A stretch of DNA of 64,000 nucleotides, taken from positions 20,956,001-21,020,000 of the forward strand of contig NC_043010.1 of NCBI RefSeq assembly GCF_006345805.1. Direction: 5' to 3'. Source of the DNA: Octopus sinensis (Eukaryota). Made by a program: the position numbers and the translations under genes. Under the pieces are notes generated by a model. The model had not been told where the DNA came from, did not search any database, and was given only the letters and a program-made list of their open reading frames with translations. This document shows, one piece after another, positions 56,150 to 64,000 of this stretch (the stretch's first letter is position 1; every line of letters begins with the position of its first letter).

Positions 56150-56234
56150 GCAACAATATCAATAACAATAACGACTACAACAATAACAGCAACAATAATG
56201 GTAATAATAATTTAAAATAATAATAATAATAATA

Positions 56235-56275
<41 letters not shown>

Positions 56276-56472
56276 AATAATAATAATAATAATAATGATA
56301 ATAGTAATGATGATGATGAGTGATGATGATGATGATAATAAATAATAATAATATATGATAATAGTAATGATGATATATTATGATGATAATAATAATAATA
56401 ATAATAAGATATAATAATAATAATGATAATAATATGATAATAATGATGATAATAATAATAATGATAATAATG

Positions 56473-56539
<67 letters not shown>

Positions 56540-56628
56540 TAATAATAATTATAATGATAATAATGATGATAATAATAATAATAATGATAATAATAAAAAT
56601 AATAATAATAATAATGATAATAATAATG

Positions 56629-56698
<70 letters not shown>

Positions 56699-56707
56699 TA
56701 ATAATAA
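56150..56707. repeat. (AAT)/(GAT) compound array
   Basis: Directly visible. Confidence 0.95.
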
Positions 56708-57180
56708 ATGAATATTTGGCTATGACGTATTTTTACTATTTCCATATAAAACAAAATGTTTGGCAAATAATTATATTTGTAACATGAAACACAATGATTT
56801 TTGGAATTGTATAGATTTTTGATGTAGAAACTTTGCAGTATTAGAGAAAGCATTTCTAAACAATAACTGCAACAAATACGTCTTCTCTATTTTTAAACAA
56901 GTGTGCAGTGAAAAATGGAGAATAATGGAAATATGAGCGGAAATGAAAGGAAGTGAAACTAATGACTTGTAAAACCTCCGTTTTTTTTTTATTTTTCTAA
57001 CTCACTCTGCATATTTGTGGTTAATGCTGAGAGCTTAGAAAGACGGAGATAACTGAAACCAAAATATTTCAGTAATGAATTATTTGTATAGATCTGAAGG
57101 GAAAATGTAACGATATATAAATGGATGAACGTCTGTATTTCTTTGTCCATTTGTCTACTTCACTCGCTCTCTCTCTCATC

Positions 57181-57211
<31 letters not shown>

Positions 57212-57528
57212 ACTCTCTCTCTCTACATACATGCATACATACATAATACATACATACATATATTACACCCACCTCATATATATATACATTTATATTATTA
57301 AATATATATGTGTATATATATATTTATGTTATATATATATATTTATTATATATATATATATATATATAATATATATATATTATATATATATATATTATAT
57401 ATATATATATAATATACACATAATATATATGTATATGTATTTTTTAAGCCGACAATCTCCACAACTCTTACTCAGGGTTTCACATGAACTTATCATCAGG
57501 CGTTTCTGATGATACAGAATGTATATAT

Positions 57529-57610
57529 ATAGTGTAGTAGTTAAGAGCGAGTGCTACTAACCCCAAGATTCCGTGTTCGATTCCAGGCAGGGACATGATG
57601 AATAATAATG

Positions 57611-57641
<31 letters not shown>

Positions 57642-57678
57642 TATTATATTTTATTATTAATATTATTATTATTACCAA

Positions 57679-57713
<35 letters not shown>

Positions 57714-57750
57714 TATTTTTTATTATTAATAATATTATTATGATTACCAA

Positions 57751-57808
<58 letters not shown>

Positions 57809-57985
57809 ACATCGAAAAATACCTTAAGAATGAGAACCCAGGTTCGAAATTCCCCCAAGACACTTGATGAAGTCTGGAGGGTATATCAGCAGAAACATTG
57901 TGTTAACAACAAATAAAATGAGGATAAATATCCGTCAAATGTAAATAATGTACATAATTCCTCGTCTCTTAAATATAGAACTGTA
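57529..57985 (+). mobile_element. tRNA-derived SINE-like composite: head + (AAT/ATT)n + non-repetitive tail
   Basis: A-box-like TAGTGTAGTAGTTAAG; loop CTACTAA at 57554-57560 (cf. tRNA-Ser GCT loop CTGCTAA); B box GTTCGATTCC at 57575-57584. Confidence 0.6.
57859..57904 (+). ncRNA. Degenerate hammerhead-like motif in the tail of a SINE-like composite
   Basis: GACAC-TTGATGA-AGTCTG...CAGCA-GAAAC-ATT-GTGTT; several core substitutions. Confidence 0.4.
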
Positions 57986-58029
57986 ATATATATATATAAC
58001 TTCGTCCTTTCAACACCTCAAATATATAA

Positions 58030-58125
58030 TCTCTTTCCTGAAGACGGAGGCTCTTCTCATCCGACGATGAAATGAATCTACAAATATTATTTTGAACCAC
58101 CCAGCCCCCAGAAACAGCTGTTGGA
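58030..58125 (+). ncRNA. Hammerhead motif; core present, stems partly eroded
   Basis: CTGAAGA 58038-58044; CGGAGGCT/AGCCCCCA stem II (6 of 8 pairs); GAAAC-AGCT-GTT with palindromic ACAGCTGT; stem I only about 3 bp. Confidence 0.58.
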
Positions 58126-58348
58126 TTTATAATACTGTTCCTCATCCCCTTTAATTCGCTATGTCATTTGTATATTGTGTAAGTCGGACCCTTTCTTGTG
58201 TAAACATGTATGCATTTTTTGTATTTCATGTATTTGTTATACTTTTTATATTGTCGTGTCTGACTTGCTTATTCCTACATTTACTCCTCTACTCGCACGA
58301 GTTTACATCTCTTGAGCACTTCAGATTCTCATCTATGAACTATATATG

Positions 58349-58419
<71 letters not shown>

Positions 58420-58935
58420 TGTGTGTGTGTGTCTGTTTGTGAATAGTGTATCTTAAAGTATTTTTATAAAGCTATAAACAATAGCATGTAAATATTGTGT
58501 TGCAATAACCTTTTGAATAGAAAAAGTCGAAGTCTGCTTTTGGTATCGGAACCCACATTTCCTGTAAACATGCCAGACGTTCTACCACGGGACTAAAGCA
58601 ATCCTTTGAATTTCTCAATCCATTTTAGAAATATTCTTCACTGCATGAATTGAATGTTTTTGACGTCATAAAAACATTATGAAGAACGTGAAATAATTCT
58701 TCGTTGAAAAGAAAGAAATTTCTAAAATGGATACAGAAAATGGAAAGATTTGTGTGATTCAATGGTAGAACGCTTTACATGTCTATAGGAGATGCGAGTT
58801 CGAGTCAAAAGAGATTACCAGCCTAAGATTTATTTGCTGTTGTTTATAGTTTCATGTGTGTGCTTGGAGATTACTATTTCAAAACTAATTATTCCAAGAC
58901 CTCCCGAATGTTTATTGACTTCTTATGAAGTCAAC

Positions 58936-58966
<31 letters not shown>

Positions 58967-59409
58967 ATGTGTGTATATGCGTATATGTATATGTGTATAT
59001 ATATATGTGAGCGTATATATATATATATATATGTATATTCAGATATACATAAATTAATCCTCTGAACTTCTTAGATCCTCTTCTAGAGGCACACCCAAGT
59101 ACCCTAATGTTATCTACCGATCTCTATAGTACACTGAAAAGATGGAAATAACATGTGAAGTACTGCGGCCTCTTGGCAGAAACAGCTGTAAGAAACAGCT
59201 CTTCTTTCTCCATTCTAGAAATTACTGGTACTTTATATGTTAAACCTCAATCTTTACACATGTATATATATATTCTCATAATTGTTTAAAATATATAAAT
59301 AGACATAATATAATGTCTAACAGTTCATGCAAACCACCTCTATATCCCCTCCATTTTCTTCTTGCCGTATATATATATATTATATATATATATATGTATG
59401 TATGTATTA

Positions 59410-59440
<31 letters not shown>

Positions 59441-59809
59441 GTGAAGGCGCATGGTTTGGTGGTTAAGATATTGCACACACGATTGCGAGATCGTGGGTTC
59501 GGCTTTGATTTTAAAACCTTTACATATACTTTGTGCAAATTCTTCAGACTCTTTGGGAGAATATTAAAATGCTGTAGGCCCTTGAAACCCAGGCTGTTCT
59601 GAAACTGGTTCTGAAGCGTGATGGCATTGCTGGGATCTTTGGCACTATGCAGTGTCGTCCCGTTCTGGCATTGGTGTAGCTTTCAATGTCAAAATTATAT
59701 TATATATATATATATATATATATAATATGTGAAATAGAAAGATGAATAATCTTGTTGTAGATTAATCAAAAGTTACCGATACCTTAGTAGCAAAAATCAC
59801 AGCAGTATA

Positions 59810-59840
<31 letters not shown>

Positions 59841-59954
59841 CATAAGGACAACTACTTAATAAGGAAAACTTAACAAGAAATTGTCAGTTAGATAGCGTAA
59901 AACCTCATAGAGAAAAATTTCGAAAATAATTATTTCTTATTTAACATATTAATT

Positions 59955-60131
59955 TATATATAAGGGCATTATAATACATGCCAGAAGGCATTATACATAC
60001 ATGCCAAACGCTAAGAGGGACAATTAGTCATTTCTACCAAAATTTGGTAAAATGACTAATTGTCCTTTAGCTTTGGCATGTATGTATAATGCCTTCTGGC
60101 ATGTATGTAATAATGCCCTCTATATATAAAT
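59955..60131. repeat. Fold-back hairpin of about 175 bp with internal tandem unit
   Basis: Arms of about 85 bp, loop about 60040-60044; GGCATTAT..ATACATGCC occurs twice per arm. Confidence 0.9.
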
Positions 60132-60174
60132 ATAGATAAGATATATATAATATATATATATATATACTATATGC

Positions 60175-60205
<31 letters not shown>

Positions 60206-60260
60206 GTAGTATGTATGTATGTATGTAGTATGTTATGTATGTATGTAGATATACTATATA

Positions 60261-60310
<50 letters not shown>

Positions 60311-60365
60311 GTTTGTGTGTATATATATATATATTATATATATATATATAATATATATATATATA

Positions 60366-61648
60366 GAGGGGTACCCAAAAGGGAAGGGTATCAATATTAT
60401 TTTATTCATTTAATTTTACATGTTTACACTTTTATCGTCTTCAAAATATTCTCCATTTGAAGCAATGCATCGGCTCAGACGCGTTTTACACTGTTCGAAT
60501 CAGTCCTGGAACTGTTGCGCAGTGATACCTTTCAACGCCTCCGTCGGTTTTTTCCTCACCTTTTCCACATCTGCAAAACGTTAAATTTTTTAAGAACTAT
60601 TTTCATTCGGTGGAACGAAAAAAGTTGTAGGGAGCCAGGTCAGGTGAATAAGGAAGGTGGGTAAGCGGGGACTTGAACATTTTTGGTCAAAAACTGTCTT
60701 ATACTCAAGGCACATTGTCGTGATGAAACCACCACTTTGCCACAGGTCGGGGCATTTTCGTCTCACCGCGTCTAACAAACGCTCCATAACTTCGAAGTAA
60801 ATTGTCTGGTTAACAGTTTTACCAGGTGGAACAAATTCTGTGTGGAAAATTCCTTTAGCATCGATGAAACAATTCAGCTTCGTATCGACATTGGACTTCA
60901 CCTGACGTTCTCTTTTGGGGCGTGACAACATTGAATGCTTCGATTGACTTATTGCTGCTTCGTTTGCTGGTCGTAGCCAAAGCACCAGCTTTCGTTACCA
61001 GTGATGACCTTTGAAAAGAGGATCAGATCAACTTCCGATTGTTCTTTCGGTTCACTTTCAGCCATGACCGATTTTGATCTTCCGTGAGCAAGCGAGGCTA
61101 AATTTTGCTGCAACGCTTTCCATTTACAATTCCTCGCTCAAAATGCGTCAGCAGGAGCTTCAAGACACACCAACAATGTCAGCAAGTTCGTCAATTGTTC
61201 GGTTACGGTCCTCCAAGATCAGTTCACGAATTTTCCTGATGTTTTCATTCGTTCGAGAGGTCGACGGTCGCCCTGAACGAGATTGGTCTTCAAGCAACAA
61301 GGGACCATTCCTAAAGTGTAAAAACCACCCATAAACTTGTGTTTTGCTCATAGCAGCGAACTTGTAAGCTGTTTGAAGTATGATAAATGCTTCGGCCGCC
61401 ATTTTCCCCAGCAGAAAACAGAATTTCACGGAAGCACGCTGTTCCTCCGTTTCAACCATCGCAAAAATCAACGAACAGGGTAGGAGTACTGCAAAACAAA
61501 AACGCAACACGTGGCTGTACGACCGGAATACACCGGTCGGCAGACTGATGCCTGAGAGTGGCATCAAGTAATTCCTAGCAGCGGAAGTCTGATCTATCAC
61601 TGGGTTGCCCCACAGAAAATGTTGTTGGTTACTTTTGGCTAACCCCTC

Positions 61649-61649
<1 letters not shown>
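60366..61649 (-). mobile_element. Full-length but decayed mariner (D,D34D family) DNA transposon in (TA)n
   Basis: Imperfect TIRs GAGGGGTACCCAAAAG (60366-60381) and CTTTTGGCTAACCCCTCG (61632-61649) flanked by TA. Transposase EQRASVKFCFLLGK, SGRPST, ITGNESW, HHDN, YSPDLAP with frameshifts. Confidence 0.92.
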
Positions 61650-61709
<60 letters not shown>

Positions 61710-61736
61710 ATAATATATATATATATATTATATTAT

Positions 61737-61793
<57 letters not shown>

Positions 61794-61849
61794 ATATATA
61801 CATATATATATATATATATATTATATATAATATTATATATTATATATAC

Positions 61850-61895
<46 letters not shown>

Positions 61896-61954
61896 CACAC
61901 ATATATATATATATATATATATATCTCATAATATATACATATATATATATATAT

Positions 61955-61986
<32 letters not shown>

Positions 61987-61995
61987 CATATATAT

Positions 61996-62082
<87 letters not shown>

Positions 62083-62105
62083 TATATATATATATATATA
62101 TATGT
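61650..62105. repeat. Long interrupted (TA)n
   Basis: Directly visible. Confidence 0.95.
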
Positions 62106-63381
62106 ACATACTGGCCTCTCGCTTAGCCAGCGGGATGGCGTCATTTGGAGGCTAAAACAATGCGATGCGCATTGTGACCAGCGATGTAGCAACATCTGTT
62201 GGACTGGTCGGTCACATGACATGATATATACTTACACGCGCGCGTATGTATGGATTTGTCTGTGTTATATGTATATATATTTATATGTATGTGTTTGTAA
62301 ATAAATATATATTTATATACTTACCTACATACATGTACACATACACACATACACACACATACATATACACACATATACATACGATTTGAAATGTAAAGTA
62401 AACCATTCACTCGTGTGGGTTTTTTTCTGAACAATTAGTGCCGCTGTGAAAAGTCACCGAAATTTTCCCGGTGTGCTAACCGTTCTGCCATCTCGCCGCT
62501 TTGAACAATTTGATAATATCGCACGTTTATCTTTCTTTTGGCAAGAAAAATACCTTCGGCTAGTTTCAATTTGTTAAAGAGTTCTCATCAATATTTTCCA
62601 TTATTAAATTTATCACTCTAGTTTCATGTGGATAATGAATTTTTAAAATTTGCATAATCTCCGGTATGCATAAGCCGAAATGGCCTTAGCTTTTCCTTCC
62701 TTGCATATTTAAAATAGATTTAGAATTGCCTTAACGAAATCGAAAGGTCCGTCACTAACATACAGTAATTAGGACCTTCATAGAGGTAATTCCCATCACT
62801 TTAATAAAATATCGTTAAGGCATCACGTTTTCTATGAAATGGACTCAACTCATCAATTTTACACTTTCGTAGGTGTATCTCGATAGTTTTTCTCACCAAT
62901 CTCTGGTTGTGGAGCGAGCTATTGTCGTGATTATCTGACGTAAATTCGTAAACCTCACCGCAAGTGTTTAGTGGCCGAGTGCTTATCGTGATTTAACGCT
63001 AAGTAGTTATAATGGCGTTGTCGATGAGAGAAACGGCAACTAAAGTTCAGCGAAGTCATTTGGCGATTAAGCAGCTTATACTGACAGAGAAAAGTTTAGA
63101 ATTTAAATAGAAAATATTTGGCCATATGAGAATCGAGGTGAATAAGTTGGAGACTATGCCTGTTTGTGTTATTTTAGACGAAATCTTTGATTGTAGATCC
63201 CGCTTTCTTGTTTATGAAAGTAATTTTGTTTGTATTTGGAACCATTATTCTCAAACACCTGACTCTAGTAAGTAGCTGATCGTCAAATCTAGTTTTGTCT
63301 AAAGATATACAGTAATACCTCAATTTACGAACGCCTCTGACCACGAATAAATCGTGCTGTATATATATATACTATATATAT

Positions 63382-63451
<70 letters not shown>

Positions 63452-63479
63452 ATATATAATATAACATATATATGTATAC

Positions 63480-63630
63480 GCTGAGGTCTACTTTGCCTTT
63501 CATACTTTGCCTTCTTTTCGGAGTCGATAAATTAAGTACCAGTTACGCACTGGGGTCGATGTAATTGACTTAATTCGTTTGATGTCCTTGTTTGTCCCCT
63601 CTATGTTTAGCCTCTTGTGGGTAATAAAAG
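63480..63630 (+). mobile_element. SINE family A, partial
   Basis: ACTTTGCCTTTCAT..GTCGATAAATTAAGTACCAGTTACGCACTGGGGTCGAT. Confidence 0.75.
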
Positions 63631-63679
63631 ACATATATACATATATGTATGTGTGTGTATGTGTGTGTGTGTGTGTGCA

Positions 63680-64000
63680 TCTGCGAGCGTACTGTGGACC
63701 CCTTTGACTTGTCCAAGCGTTCTGAACATCTCTCCAGCCGAACTCTCGGCCCTTCATTGTCTCTGACGTAGCACGGACATCATCATAAAACCAGCCGACA
63801 AGGGTGGAGACGTGGTGGTGAGGCGCGCGGACCTCTACAAGGTGGAAGCTCTCCGCCAACTTCAAGACACCGCCTTCTACTGCCTTCTACCCTCCAACCC
63901 CACGCCCAGCTACCAACAGACTGTGTCCTCCACTATCCATGACCTCATCTCCTCCTCCCGTCTCCTCTCACCTCCTCTAACTTCATTGTCCGCACCCTCA
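63680..64000 (+). mobile_element. Penelope/Poseidon-type RT N-terminal fragment running off the window end
   Basis: Frame from 63722: LNISPAELSALHCL*RSTDIIIKPADKGGDVVV..ADLYKVEALRQLQDTAFY..LPSNPT. Confidence 0.82.

Noticed and set aside
57440-57515. CTGATGA on both strands near GAAAC
   Set aside because: Stems I and II cannot be formed.
57529-57595. Functional tRNA gene
   Set aside because: Acceptor and anticodon stems are imperfect and there is no terminator; treated as a SINE head.
59060-59195. GAAACAGCTGTA half hammerhead
   Set aside because: No recognisable CTGAnGA in register.

Overview
AT-rich eukaryotic non-coding DNA saturated with microsatellites and interspersed repeats. The repeat landscape (tRNA-derived SINEs, RTE LINEs, Penelope-like elements in TA runs) suggests a coleoid cephalopod such as octopus; that is inference. 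No host protein-coding gene could be supported with confidence, and nearly all ORFs in the track are microsatellite artefacts. Recognisable elements: (1) a nested stack at about 26.1-32.9 kb, where a 5'-truncated Penelope-like element (GIY-YIG remnant, inverted pseudo-LTR pair) is interrupted by a 3.6-kb RTE LINE with an 11-bp TSD and a SINE with a 13-bp TSD; (2) a decayed full-length mariner; (3) an L1/Tx1-like ORF1 remnant; (4) R4/Dong, RTE and two further Penelope-like fragments; (5) at least three SINE families. The most striking signal is at least nine minimal type-I hammerhead-ribozyme motifs (CUGAnGA...GAAAC-short loop-GUH), six with intact catalytic cores. They sit in several architectures: inverted pLTR pairs, a 557-bp partial tandem resembling a retrozyme, and the tail of a tRNA-headed SINE-like composite. 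Several fold-back palindromes are also present. All structures were folded by eye, and coordinates of decayed repeats are approximate.
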